This document shows, one piece after another, positions 50,441-63,721 of a stretch of DNA of 64,000 bases. The notes below the pieces were generated by a model. The model did not search any database. It saw nothing but the letters and a program-made list of their open reading frames with translations, and had not been told where the DNA came from. This DNA is from Gekko japonicus (taxonomy: Eukaryota). Position numbers and translations under genes: made by a program. Where the stretch lies: positions 153,633 to 217,632 of the forward strand of contig NW_015176014.1 of NCBI RefSeq assembly GCF_001447785.1, given 5' to 3'. Each line of letters opens with the position of its first letter. Position 1 is the first letter of the stretch.

Positions 50441-52637
50441 CTTGGCAGCACCTGCTGCAGGAGATAGGCTGCCTCCTTCTGTTCTCCCAGGGCTGCTGTC
50501 CACCTTCTGATGCCCTCCAGCCCTGCACTAATGCACTAAGCTAGATTTGTTAAAGCAAAGGAGATTATGCTGAGATACACTTGTCTGGGGAAGGCATGTG
50601 CTGTTCTTGTATCTGCAGCTCAGACCCTTCCTGCTAAACCACATTCATTCTCACGAGAACATCTTTCTATATTCTGATCATCTGACTGTCAGCTTCCTAC
50701 TTCTGATGTAATAGGGTCATGTACAAAAAAGCATGCCACAGTAAAAGTTGTTGGCTTTTAAATGTAGCCTCAACTCTTATTTTGATTCAATATTCTGATG
50801 TCTTTGGAATCTTGGCTTGGATCTCCTAAACTGAAAAGACTCTGCAAATATGTGATTCTCTGATTATTGCAATGCTGGAACTAGTATAGTGTGTGTCACC
50901 ATTGTCCATTGAGGAACAAGTGAAGGAATGGAGTACGTTAAAATAAAACATCCCATTTCCTTTTGTTGTGAACTATCATTTGAGTACTTTCTGGCTTGTT
51001 ATGGTTGGAATCAATGGGCAGTGCCATTTAACGGGGGAAACTGAAAATGCCAACATTTTAAATCTATCCATATTAACCCTAAAGAACGTTATGTATTAGT
51101 GGTGCTATTGTATGTATTTTAGAACTGGTCTTTGACTTTAAGAAATAATTCAATATAAAGAACGTGTGCCAGGACTAAAAGATCAGGTTAATGTAATTAC
51201 TTGCTTTTTGGCTGTGTCACACTGGTGTACCACATGGGACAGCAAAGTCCGGCATGTTATATCCTTGATGAAGCCTATAGGTGCCCACTAAAGCCTCTGG
51301 TAAAGTGGAACTAATCTTAAATATACAACATTCCACAGAAGCTTTGTTGGGTTCCTGCTCTGTAGAGTGTTTGAACTGCATCTCCCTCCTCATTTCTTTC
51401 TCATTAGCTGCTAACGCAGACTGAGCACAGGGTGATGCAAGTCTCTGGTGGTGCACCTAGTGAAAGAAGTCCTTTGTTAAGGAGAAGGCAGATCAGATCA
51501 GTCTATAAACAGAACACTACCAAGCTATTTCTGTGCGTGGGCTAGATTAGACTGCATGCCCTGTGGTTAAAGAGGGCATCACTTATGTGCTCTGTAGAGA
51601 TCCTAGCTTACTCGTAGTGCTAAAACACATCAAATACCAATAGTCATAAAGGTCACCACTAACTTTGAATATTGTTAAATCCTTTCAGAAAAATTTAACG
51701 TGGATGCATTTCCAGAGAATGTTTACTGGATGGCAACACTCATGCGTTCTGAGGTGTAATAGAGATCATTTCCATACACATTCAGTGTACTTTGAGGCAC
51801 TGTTTTCACAGCAACAAAACCACATACATCACACAATGTCAGTGTCAGTCTTAATTTCAGATGTGCAGCCTTTTTGTTAGTCTTTAAGGTGCCACCAGAC
51901 GAGTACTACCATTCTGGAATTAACATATGGACACATAAACCCACCAGACAACCAATGAAGAGCTCCATATATGTTTCAGGAACACATGCAGATTTTCTCC
52001 ATTCTGCAAGATTCATGTACTTTCTTCTCACAAAATGCAACCATCCTAACTATCAACCAAACCCCTGTCTATTTCCCATTACTAACTCTGTTTCCCTTGT
52101 TGCAAACCCCAGTGCCAGCCGGGTAACGAAGTAAAGCTGCTCAGGCAACCTTTGTTGTTGTTCAGTCGCACAGTCGAGTCCGACTCTTCGCGACCCCATG
52201 GACCAGCTCCCGCCAGGCCCTCCTGTCTTCCGCCGTCCTCTGAAGTTGGCTCAGTTAATCAATAGTTAGCTGGTTAGTCCCAGCAATGAAACCATAGAGA
52301 CAGGGGAACTAGCCGTGTAATCCTAAAGAATTTACCTGGGAGTGAACCCAACTGAATAGGATTATGAGTAGACCAGGGTTTATTCTAAGCTTTTTTTCCT
52401 ATTGCACAAGAAGACAGTGCTAGCACAAAATCCACAAACCTGTGAGCACTGCCTAAATTAGTTCTAACTGGGGGGAAATGTGAAAGAGGGAAAAAGAAAT
52501 GAGAATGACTAGAGAAATTAAGACAAAGAGATTGACAGGAAGAAGAGGATAGGAAAATCTATTCCTCCCAAACCCTCATAGCAGAGATATGCAGATAAAG
52601 TAAACAAGGACAACACCGAGCAGCCATTTGTGAGGAC

Positions 52638-52888
52638 TCTATATTTAGCGACAGCTTTAGAACTTTCTGTCCCTAGTATGCCATACAGAACTCACAATAA
52701 TAGTCAGGGGAGTGTGTTCTCAGTTTTACAGGGAATCTCAGTCCTCAACAATCATTTATGTAACTAAGATATTCTTTCTGTTTCTTATTTTGGTTGTCGA
52801 GACAGAGAATGCACTCCCCTGACTATTACTGTGAGTTCTATATGGCGTACTAGGGACAGAAAGTTCTAAAGCTGTCACAAAATATAGA
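52638..52888. repeat. Inverted repeat (~88-bp arms), MITE-like
   Basis: gacagctttagaactttctgtccctagta.. versus ..tactagggacagaaagttctaaagctgtc. Confidence 0.85.
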
Positions 52889-53059
52889 TGCTTCAGTACT
52901 GAAGCCCAAAGTGCATCTACCTGAGCAGACCTCTGTGTTACGCTACAGGGGATCATTCCCCTGTATGTCGACCAACAGGCACCCCTTCAACAACACACCA
53001 CTTCCTTTTGCTTACCCAAAAGACATGCCAAGTTGGACTCTATTCATCATTGGAAGAGA

Positions 53060-54063
53060 GTCCAAAAACACCACCAGTACATATCTGACAGGAGAGTTAT
53101 TGGTGTGATCTGTAATGAAGTTGCTGACTCACTTGTTGAGTTCCTGAGTCAGCACTTGGAAGTTTATGCTGATCTGTTGCTGATTATAAAGCCATTTGCC
53201 ACTCTGCAACCTTCACTAAACCTGGAAGCTGTTCACAAATTGCTAGGTACAGACCTCAACCTAGTAGTACTTTCACTAGAATATGATGAGACACTTGAAA
53301 ACATTGATGAAACCTGCAAGATGACATTGTCCCATTTGGTCCATTTTCTTGCAGCTAAGCCTCATAAGTGCTGATACTGAATGCAGGGGTCATTTCCTGC
53401 AGAAGCAAACAGGAGCAGAACTCCAGTAGTAAAGAGCCCAGGGGGCAGACACATGCAACAAGCCCCGCCCCCTGCAGCCCTCAGTTGGGCCACGAGGAGC
53501 AAGAAGCAGCCAGGTAAGTTACAGAGCCCCCCCCAGCCCCCCTTCAGGTACAAGTTCTCCCTCCTCTGTGAGGGCAGATCTGCGTGTGTCCCCNNNNNNN
53601 NNNNNNNNNNNNNNNNNNNNNNNNNNNNNNNNNNNNNNNNNGACAGAGGTCTCCCTCGTCTGTGAGGGGAGGTCTGTGTGTGTCCCCCCCCCCCCCATAG
53701 CTAGGAATCCAAAAGAGTCCAGTGGAGCCTGAGCGGTGGGTGTTGCCTTCTGACACACTTCCGGTGATGTCAGGGGGTATAGCATATGCAAATAAGTTAT
53801 GCTAATGAGCTCCTGCACCTCTTTTTCTACGAAATGACCCCTGATTGAATGACTCATCAGTAAAAGTGTCACACTGAAGCCCATAAACAGAAACAGTCTT
53901 AGTTGAGTCAGTAAATGAATATCTGTATGTCTATCACAATATGCCGCCACTGACTGAATGGGATCCAAGGACAACAGTGCTTCTATGGATGAGTAGAAGA
54001 GAGCATAGAATGAAAGACACAATTAAAGCAAGAGGGCAGTTGTGGTTTAAAGGACTTTTCTAA
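53060..54063 (+). mobile_element. Decayed hAT transposase C-terminus (dimerisation domain), interrupted by MITE 53384-53843
   Basis: Removing the MITE and two frameshifts gives LAAKPHSADTE*LISKSVTLKPINRNSL..VNEYLYVYHNMPPLTEWDPR..WFKGLF, the hAT SAxxERxxS...LK..R..L pattern. Confidence 0.7.
53384..53843. mobile_element. hAT MITE (second copy 61351-61751)
   Basis: TIR CAGGGGTCATTT/AAATGACCCCTG; TSDs actgaatg/attgaatg and ggtagccg/ggtagcca. Confidence 0.88.
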
Positions 54064-54293
54064 GAGGGTGGCAAGCAACATTGCTCATCTCACCCTGTCC
54101 CTGGTGGTGATAATCCAACCATCTTGAAACAAAGGAAATTTAGACATGGCACAACGGGAGTTGTTTTCTGTTCTGCGTTTGTATTCCTACGTAACTTGCA
54201 TTTATTGTTTCATTTTCAAAGATCAATATGAGTTAATTCTTTTGACTAGTCTCAAGTAGTTGATCCCAATAATGTATCATTAATATACAGTTA

Positions 54294-55221
54294 CTAGGGA
54301 AAAGTCCCGTTGTGGAAATAAATACAACGAACTCTAGAAAGAGGCTCTGGGTGGGTGCCCCGGCCTTGGATACTCAGTGTCAATTTGCTGTGGCGACCTC
54401 AGCAGGGCACTGAGTCCACCATTTTCTCCAGAGGAACTGATCTCTGCTACCTAAAGAACAGTTGTAATTTTGAGTGATCTCCATCCCTCACCTAGAGATT
54501 GGCAACGATGGTTCCCTAGAAGGGAATGGTTGGTTTGGAGGGTGGAGTCTATGGCTTTGTACCAGTCCAAGGTCCCACCCCTCCTGAAACCTCACCCTCT
54601 CCAGGCTTCATCCCTCACATCTCCAGGAATTTCCCACCTGAAGTTGGCAACCCTATCTCCTTCCCAGCCAATCATCAACCTACCTTTATTTCCCCCTCAC
54701 TCTTCAGCTTTCCACCCCCCACACACCTGCAGCCTCTCCCGTGCTCTGAAGCCATGACTGCTACGTCACATTGGCTCACACAGGGGCCACCTCAGCAGCA
54801 AATAAGGATACAGAGCCCACCATTTTATCCAGGGGAACTGATCTCTGCCATCTGGAAAGCAGTTATAATTCTGAGTGATCTCCAGCCCTCACCTGGAGAT
54901 TGGACACATTTTACCTCAGAACAGCAAACTGTTTAGAATGTTAGAGGCAAAAGCCAATCAAGTCGCATATGCAAATGACCTCTGTGTTCCGAGGCAAAGG
55001 CCAATGAGGCTGCATATGCAAATAACCTCTGTGTTCTGACTGGCTATGGGGGGGGGGGAAGAACAGCAAAGTGTTTAGAATGTTGGAGGCGAGACTCAAG
55101 CAATGCAGCCAGTAGATAGGGACAGGTTCTGAGTGACACAGCAGGGCGCCAACCAATTCCAGAGTGTGTGGAATGTTCTAGGGAAGTGCCACCACAATTC
55201 GGCTTTTATATATAAGGGAGA
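54294..55221 (-). mobile_element. Non-autonomous Helitron (copy 2)
   Basis: Minus 5'-TCTCCCTTATATATAAAA ... hairpin (cccgttgt-N10-acaacgaa on +) ... CTAG-3', A|T target. Confidence 0.8.
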
Positions 55222-56339
55222 TGAAGACTGAGGTAACAGTAATCATTTTAATTTTCTGTTTATTTACCTTTTTTCTCATCCACCTGTCTTAAACAATAAC
55301 CTTGTTCCTTTTTAAAGTCCATTTTGCGAATTGCACAAAAAAATATTTTCCTACTGCCCATTTTATTTTTGTACTGTACAAAATGTGTCCTACCACATGT
55401 TAGAATAAACCCTGGAGTAGACCTGGTTAGGATTGCTCTCTAGAGTCATAATCCAGTTTACGATTTGATTTGGAATCTTCATGCTTTCTGAAATGCTGTG
55501 CATCTACATACAAGGTGTCATTTGGTGTAGTGGTTAAGTGCAAGGACTCTAATCTGGGAGAACCGGGTTTGATTCCCCACTCCTCCACTTGCACCTGGCT
55601 GGATGACCTTGGGCAAACCGTAGTTCTGATAAGAGCTGTTCTTGAAAAAGAGCAGTTTCTGTCAGAGCTCTCTCAGCCCCACCTACCTCACAGGGTGTCT
55701 ATTGTGGGGAGGGGGAGGGAAAGGAGTTTGTAAGCCGCTCTGAGACTCCTTTGGGTAGTCAAGGGACGGGTATAAATCCAATCTCCTCCTCTTCTTCTTC
55801 ACAAGGCACGGCGCTGCCTTTGGATTTGGAGGGGAAACTGAGGAGGTGATGGAAACGGTATGTTTAACTAAATTAATTCTGCAGCCTGAGAACTTTTGTA
55901 AATGCAAAATAGCTACCAGCAGGAAACGATCTGGAACGCAACTTCCATTTCAAAGTACAGTTTTGATTGCTGTACAGAAAGGCAGCTTCGAAGTATCAGA
56001 TGTTTATAATTCTATAATACTGAACTACTTTGCAGGGTTGTCACAGACTAACTTCACTTCAAGCCACTCTCCCCAACGGCGATATGGGAATAATTCCACA
56101 CTGCAGTTAAATCGTAGGCCACTTTCAGACCCGCCCCCACATACAGAAGACCCCCGCAATGTAGGGATGCTAATAGACCTTATGTAAGTATTTTTAAATC
56201 GAATTAAAGCCTCATACATATTTTTTTAATGAAAAATAAGACCAGAGCACAGACTTCTGCAATTGTTTCTGGCTACTGAGGGGAAAAGAGACTATGCTGC
56301 GCTGCCCAATCACCGCTACATGTAAGTACTGGATTCCTC

Positions 56340-56690
56340 CCTCCCTTTCCCCCCGCATAAACAGTTGCCACTTTTAATCCCGGAAGTATGAAAAAGTACA
56401 GCATCAAAAGCAACCTAGGAAACATCACCTCCAAACAATGTAAATGTCGGTCTAGGACTTTGGGATATAAATCTATGGATTCAGCTCTCGATCAAACCCA
56501 GCGCCGTAAACCTCAAAGACTCGAGACGTCACATCCGTCAAGCCTAGCGATGTAACAATTTTCGGCGGTGATTGGGCAGCTCTGGAAAACCATCAAGATG
56601 CTACGGCTAGAACGCCCTCTCGGCGCCCCGCACGCGTGAGAGAGAGGAGGCCGCCGGTGTCTCCTTCTGCCGCCTCCTGCAGCTCCCGCC
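56340..56690 (+). promoter_or_regulatory. CpG-island promoter of MRPL12
   Basis: CpG-rich; CCGGAAGT 56380, GACGTCA 56525, ATTGG 56571, then CCCGCCATGG Kozak at 56691. Confidence 0.7.
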
Positions 56691-59319
56691 ATGGCTATGT
56701 TGCCCACGGGGCGGCTAGGGACCGCTATCCGCCTTCTGTTGCGGTATGAGGAGCTGGCGGGGAGAGGGAACAACGGGGAGCAGAAGGACCCCAGGGAGGG
56801 CTAGAGGTCACCCTGGTTTGGGATTCTCACGTGAGCCACAGGCCGACGAGCAAAATCCCCACGATCTGTGTGGCATTATCGGAGGAGCATCCATACCCGC
56901 AGCCTTTGGGCAGTAGCATCCTATCATGGAAGATCAGTGGTTTCGGAAATCTCAAGGCCAGCATACTGTGCCTGACTTTGGGAAATCCCTGTGGGCTGAG
57001 GAATTGTTGCTGAAAGGCTCCAGCAACAGTAGATCGAGGCGATGCCTTGCTTTTCTAAGGCATGCATATTTCAGGGGGGGGGGAGTAGTGGGAAGTTATT
57101 GTGGAGAGGTAGGTGCATGGTTAGCACCACCTAATTTCATGGCTGAGGTGACCTTTGAATTGGAAACTTCCTGTTCATACCTCACAACTACTGTATAAGG
57201 AATTAGCAGAAGATTGACTCTGGTCTGTTGGTGAGCCAGTGGGCAGTTTGTGATGGACTGCCTAAGATCTTCTGTTTGCTGGTGGTGTTGGAAGGAAAGT
57301 CAGTGTTGGACTTTTTAAAACTTCATTTATACCCTGCCCAATGGGGACCCAAAATAGCTAACAACATTCTTCCCTTCTCCATTGTATTGTTCCAACAACT
57401 CTGTGAGGTAGGTTAGTCTGAGTGTATGACTGGCTAAAGATCACTGAGCAAGTTTTCACAACAGAGTGGGAATTTGACCCTCATTGTCCTAGTCTGACAC
57501 TGTAACTATTTGGCTCTGCTGGACTTTGCTCTGATCCTGGGCACTTCTTTGCTCTTAAATAGGAGTGTGTGCTTAAATTTACCCAGTCATTGTACTTCCT
57601 GTCGGGAAATCTCCACTGTCTACTTTTACTTTGTACTTTTAACATGTATTGGTGGAGGCGGAGTACTATAACAAGTACATCATGCATGAAAGAAGTCATT
57701 CTCTCTGTCATCACATTTTCATTTTTCCCTTCCTTTTGTGATCAGGGCAACATATATGATTTTCTCCTCCATTTTGCTATCCTCTAACACATGATTGGGT
57801 ATTTATCCCAATGTGTATCTATTGTTGTTGTTCAGTCGCACAGTCGAGTCCGACTCTTTGCGACCCCATGGACCAACTCCCGCCAGGCCCTCCTGTCTTC
57901 TGCTGTCCTCTGAAGTTGGCTCAATTTCTATTAGTGTGAAGCAATTCCCAATCTGCGTCTTACTAGGATAGTTTCTTTAGCCATCTGAAAATGCCTTCTA
58001 GCTCTACGTGGGTAATTTGTCAAACTGGATGTTAAAACTGCAGCTTCACCTCTGTTGGGAGTTGGATCCTCTGCCCCCTCTATACCATTTGCTGTTACTG
58101 ATATTGTCCAGGGGGGAAGCAGGTCTGTCCTGGTTCAGTGTTTCCCCTTAAGGCAGGAGTCTATAGCCATCTGAACCTGTATGCACCTGCTGCACAAACA
58201 TCTTTGTCTTGGGATGTGTAATGCTCCATTTTCCCCCTTTTATGTAGGCAGCATCAACCACGAGCCTGTGCTGTAAGGATGCTGAAGGCTACATGCTTCC
58301 AGCGAAGTGAAGCCCTGGCAAGCCCTCCTTTGGACAATGCCCCCAAAGAGTACTCACCCAAGATTCAGCAATTAGTTCAGGACATTGCTAGCCTGACCCT
58401 GCTGGAGATCTCTGACCTCAATGAGCTGTTGAAGGTATGGTATTTGCACAATGAGCAGAGTGGCTGCCTTATCAAGGCCCCGGTCACACGGGCCGGATAT
58501 CGCGGGGGGGGGGGGGGGGGGGGGGGGAATTTGCCCCNNNNNNNNNNNNNNNNNNNNNNNNNNNNNNNNNNNNNNNNNNNNNNNNNNNNNNNNNNNNNNN
58601 NNNNNNNNNNNNNNNNNNNNNNNNNNNNNNNNNNNNNNNNNNNNNNNNNNNNNNNNNNNNNNNNNNNNNNNNNNNNNNNNNNNNNNNNNNNNNNNNNNNN
58701 NNNNNNNNNNNNNNNNNNNNNNNNNNNNNNNNNNNNNNNNNNNNNNNNNNNNNNNNNNNNNNNNNNNNNNNNNNNNNNNNNNNAAGTTTTGGTGGAGTTG
58801 TGGGGGGGGGGGGACCCTGTTTGCGAAGGGACATGGGTAGGCGCCGGATGCCACCACCAGAAACGCGATCAGATGCCAGCCCTTGCCCCGCGGTTTCCAG
58901 AAACTAGTACCTCGGAGGTACTAGTTTTTAACTCCGCATCTTCGGCAGGAAGCCTCGGGTTCGCCATGGGAGCTCTACGCTTCCCAGATGTTGCGGTGTG
59001 ATCGCGTCCGGAAAATCCGCCTATCTTCCATCTCTGTAGCATGGCTAATGCTCCGTGTGACCGCAGCCCAAGAAACGGCAATATACATAGAGAGCAGTGG
59101 CAGAAGGGGCACAGCTCGCACTGTTGATTTGTAGGGGGTGTGCATATGTAAGTAGGGATGGGGTGCAGTGGCTTTCCTGGCCTCTTGGGTATAAGGAACA
59201 CATGAAGAATGGTCTGATCATGTTTCCTGTGTCTGCTTTTCCAGAAAACCTTGAAGATCCAAGACATGGGACTCATGTCAATGGCAGGCATGATGCCATC
59301 AGGACAACCTGCAGCCCCG
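56691..59319 (+). CDS. MRPL12: Mitochondrial ribosomal protein L12 (bL12m), exons 1-3 only: 56691-56743, 58248-58434, 59245-59319; remaining exons presumably right of the window
   Basis: [10 protein letters not shown]..[12 protein letters not shown]..[53 protein letters not shown]; canonical splice sites; synteny with HGS. Confidence 0.95.
58476..59068. mobile_element. PIF/Harbinger-type MITE (contains an N-gap)
   Basis: TIR GGCCCCGGTCACACGG/CCGTGTGACCGCAGCC, 3-bp TSD CAA, CpG-rich. Confidence 0.78.
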
Positions 59320-59580
59320 GTAAGAGATAAGCCTTGTAACTTGCCATCCCCTGGGACTGAATAGCAGTTACCCCAGGCCAGCAAGTTGTAAGTAATGCAC
59401 CAAAGGAACATGCCAGAAGTGTACTTTGTTTGAGAACTACCTGCATGCCCTACAGCACTATATTGTATGAACACAGTGCAATGACAACTGCTTGTTGACC
59501 CTACAAGAGGGAGAAGCAGAGCCAGGGATGCTTATTGTTGCCTAGTGGTTAACACAGACAGTAATGATTGGCTTTTTTAA

Positions 59581-60245
59581 AAAAAATATTTTTATTGTGG
59601 TTTTCTTATGCATTACATCATGCATATATCACTTCTACATTCATCAGTGTCTTAACAGAGTCATCACAATCTATCATTGTACTTTATTTTCTTTCGTCCA
59701 TTTATAAAACTTTACCCATCTAGCATTGAATATTTCCATATCTTTATTTTCCAGTATTGTAGTTAATTTATCTACTTCAACTACTTCTTGTATTTTAGCA
59801 ATCAGGTCTATTTGGGATGGTATCCTTTCTAGTTTCCAGTTTTTGGCAAACAGAATACGAGCTGCTGTTATAATGAATGCAATTACATACTTTTCTTCCA
59901 TTTTCAACTTCTCTGGCATTAAATTTAACAGAAACATTTCTGGTTTAAAAGGTAATACTACCTCAAACATACCTGTCAACATCTTATACGTCTTCTGCCA
60001 GTATTGTTGGGCTTTGGGGCACCTCCACCACATATGGTAGAAGGTGCCCACATTATGCTTACATTTCCAACAATTTATGGGTGCATTCTTATAACATTTG
60101 GCGATTTTGTCCGGAGACCAATGCCACCGGTGAAACATTTTAAACACATTTTCCTTATAAGATATCGCTCTCAATTTTCTTGCAGTTAACCATATTTTAG
60201 ACCAATCCTCTATCGTATATCCTAAGTCTTGCATCCAAACAATCG
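59581..60245 (-). mobile_element. 5'-truncated L1 LINE (ORF2 C-terminus)
   Basis: CWKCKHNVGTFYHMWWRC cysteine-rich motif, AATAAA/A-rich tail, TSD ttggcttttt(t)aa on both sides. Confidence 0.9.
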
Positions 60246-61751
60246 TTGGCTTTTTAAGGGAGAAGCAGAGCTGTTGCACAGTGTTACAGTGATGGCAGCA
60301 TTAGGGGCAGATGATTCCCCCCCCCCCAAACTAAAGATGCGATGGCCCAGAAAAATTCATGGTAAAAAAAACCCCACAGTTTTTCCCCTGCGAGGCCTTT
60401 TATTCAACTTTTTTCAATGGAAAGTGGGGAAATTTTGGAGAGCACTGACAAAAGCCTCCTATTAAATATTTTCTCTTTTAGATTGAGCAAAATGCTTCTT
60501 AAGGCAAGGTTTTCACATTCAAAATGTACAGTATGAAAAGCTCTAAGGGCTTTCTCAAGTTTTCCAGTGGAAAAACTGGGAAATTTTGAGGGATGCTAGG
60601 GAAAAAACCCAAGTTTATGCTACTTACATGTATAATATTTTCAAGATTTTTTTTTGTTTAAAATGTAAATAATTTTGGCAGCAATTAATGTGTTTAATGA
60701 TAATACATTATTAAAGAGTTGTGTTTTCAATGTTATAAAGTTTAGCTTCATATCCAAACATTCCGGCAGTCCTACCCATTGTGATTCTGAGAGTTTCTAT
60801 CCATATAATAGGCTTTCTTTTGTTTACTACAGAATTTTTTATACTTTCAATATATTATTTTTTCCCAACTCTCAGAGGGCAGAAAGCAAAGATTCATGTG
60901 TTACTGTGGCAGTTTGCAACTCCTTCTCTAGTATTTGATATACTTGCAATTTTTCTTATAGAAAATGAAGGCATTTATACTTTTAAATTCCATAAATATG
61001 CCAAATAGTAAAGTTATAAATAAATGTTTCTTTTTTGTTATTAAATCACTAAAATAAGTTTAGGTTTGATAGGACACAAAGTATAGCATATATTTCCATT
61101 CTCCCTGAAAATAAGGAGGCTTCAAAATTTCCAGACATTTTTCATATCTGCTCTAAATAATTATTTGCAAATGCAATGGATGTATGGTTGAGAACAGTTG
61201 CTCAGACAGAATTTAAAAGGCCATTTTGTCTCTGGGGGATGATGTTCACTAAATGAGATGGGCCAAACACTCTATGGAACCATATTTTCAACAAGCCAGA
61301 CTTTCTCTGTCTTATTCCCCTAAATGGAGATAGATCAAGATAGGTAGCCGCAGGGGTCATTTCCTGCAGGAGCGGAGCTCCGGCGGTAAAGATCCCAGGG
61401 GGCGGGCACATGTAACAAGCCCCACCCTCTGCTCCCAGCAGCCCTCATTCAGAGCAAGAAGCAGACAGGTAAGTTGCAGAGCCCCCCTTCCCCCCCCGGT
61501 CCAAAACAGTCCAGTGGCACCTTTAAGACCCAAGTTTTATTCAGGTATAAGCTCTCCCTCCTCTGCGAGGACAGATCTGCACGTTCCTTCCCCACACACA
61601 CACAATAGCTAGCAATCCAAGACAGTCCAGTGGAGCCTGAGCGGTTGGTGTTGCCTTCTGACACACTTCCGGTGATGTCAGGGGGTGTGGCATATGCAAA
61701 TGAGTTACGCTAATGAGCTCCTGCACCTCTTTTTCTACAAAATGACCCCTG

Positions 61752-62650
61752 GGTAGCCATGTTAGTCTGTCTGTAGTAGTAGAAAAGTGTAAGAGTTCAG
61801 TAGCACCTTAATAACTAACAAAATTTGTGGTAGGGTGTCATGACCCCAGGGGGTCTCCACCTTCTTCCGCCACCACCCTGGACTTCGGTCCCTTGAACAG
61901 GCCCAGGGTACCCTCTCAAGCCCATCCAAAATGCCCCTTTTACAGCCGAAAAAACATGAGCGTGATGACCAAGGCAGTGAAACAGTGAAACAGAAAGGGT
62001 TTATTTTTACAGTTCTGGGGCAGGGGAAAAACAAGACAAGACAAGGTGCTTTAAAAAGATATGTGGTTAAAAGGCAAAATAAACAGAATCTAACGCAGCT
62101 ACGTTTTACTATTCCTAACTGGTTACTACTTCCAGGCCCACAGCCTGCCTAACACTCACGCTGAGCCAAGTGGGGAATCTTTTCTTCTCACCAGACCAGC
62201 CTGTCCCCACAGTGATCAGGCCGCAGAGAGAGACGAAAAGCAGTGAGATCTTTCTCTCCCCCGGACCAGCCTGTCCCCACAGTGACCAGGCCGCAGAGAG
62301 ATGAAAGAACCCCGTTTTCCACAGTTAACAGCTAAGACCGAACCTCCTCACAGTATATCACAGTCTCCTCACAGAATCTCTGTCCTCTGATTGGCTATAG
62401 CCCGTTGCTAAGCCTTATGGGGATGGTAGGCCGTCTGCTTTCACTGCCATGTGGGTCTCTCCTGGGACCAGGCCCTGCTCCCAGTCCTGCACAGATCATG
62501 ACATAGGGTATGAGCTTTTGTGAGTCACTACTCACTTGTTCAGATACCTGAAGATATCTGAAGAAGTGAGCAATGACTCACGAAAGCTCATACCCTACCA
62601 CAAAGTTTGTTAGTCTTTAAAGTGCTACTGGACTCTTACCTTTTCTGCTG
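61752..62650. mobile_element. Penelope-like inverted terminal remnant split by the solo LTR (similar remnants ~6040-6230, 9005-9130)
   Basis: gagttcagtagcacctta..actaacaaaatttgtggtagggt|atgagc.. mirrored by gctcataccctaccacaaagtttgttagtctttaaagtgctactggactc. Confidence 0.55.
61836..62503 (-). mobile_element. Solo LTR (668 bp)
   Basis: TGTCATGA...TCATGACA termini, perfect 5-bp TSD TAGGG, TTTATT at ~62000. Confidence 0.88.
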
Positions 62651-63682
62651 CTGTTAGAAACCACAACATTCAAAAACCAGTGGGGGAAGATTTTAACCTT
62701 CCAGCTTATCGTAATCTTTTATCAGTGTTGTTTCTTTGCCTGATGACATTTTCTTTCTTGTTTCTGCTGAACAGTCTTCCATAAAAATCCAGTAAGCAGT
62801 GATAGGAGTGTGGTAATGAGTGGAGTCCCTTGCTAACTCTGCGAGTGTGTTTTAGCTGCTGTTCCTGGCATTGCAGTCCCTATGCTGCTTTTATTTGCCT
62901 GTGTCCTGTCTTTCCAGAGAACTCAAAATCATAACTACAAGTATATAAAAGCTAACAGCAGAGTAATTCTTACACATAAGGAGCAAAGCTACTAATAAGA
63001 CCAATCCTAGAAGTTACACCAATCCCTAAAAGCTTTTCTTTAAAAATGTGCTTTAAAAGTGCTTGGGTCCATGTTAACAAACCCTTGCCATTGGGTTCCA
63101 GTGAACTGTAGATGGCTTAGTGTCAGGGTGCTTTGATATAGTGAGCAGTTAGCCATCCAGAATAACTAAGCCAAAATATAATGCATGAATACAAGGCTGA
63201 TGGAGGAGAGAACTCCTTTATTGCAGTGGCATAGTCCTTTAAATCGGCTTGCTGGCATGTCCAGTCAGTTGGATCCTTCTGCTCCTTGCATTCTAGATAC
63301 CTTGACACATACTACCTCAGAGTCCTAAGCTCCTCCATGAATCCACAAAGCAGGCCTTTGACAAAGAAGAGCAAGAAACATCAACCTTTCAGTCCAGAGA
63401 TCCCAGTTGTGTGCATTGCCTCAGATCAGCAACCAAATTATGCAGAAAGTGACTGCAGAAACTACATTCAGCAGAACATCCAGTCTTATCCGTAGTCCCC
63501 GAAGTTACGAGGGCACTGGTGAGAGAGCAGCTTACGGCCACAGTTGCCCGTGACCCAAAACCCTAAAGCCAAAGCCAGTAGTTTTGTGTCTGAAGAGTAT
63601 CGAACTCTTGCACACAACTACCATATCTCCCACCTTGATCATAGTGTGGACAAAACAAGCCAACCTATACTGTCCATCTACA

Positions 63683-63684
<2 letters not shown>

Positions 63685-63719
<35 letters not shown>
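63685..63719. repeat. (GT)n microsatellite, tail of the adjacent SINE
   Basis: Direct reading. Confidence 0.95.

Positions 63720-63721
<2 letters not shown>

Noticed and set aside
51217-51456. Extra upstream coding exon of METTL26-like
   Set aside because: An acceptor-like site exists, but the family N-terminus (MLV..AERNK) is already complete at 50440. It could only be 5'UTR, which is unverifiable here.
55515-55590. tRNA gene
   Set aside because: The A and B boxes belong to the head of a multi-copy SINE; there is no complete cloverleaf.
58279-59001. 240-aa ORF and overlapping X-rich ORFs
   Set aside because: Artefacts of reading through MRPL12 exon 2 into an N-gap (58538-58783). Other gaps are at 28053-28073, 46730-46767 and 53594-53641.
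59674-60279. 201-aa host gene
   Set aside because: It is the L1 ORF2 C-terminus, bounded by a TSD and an A-rich tail.
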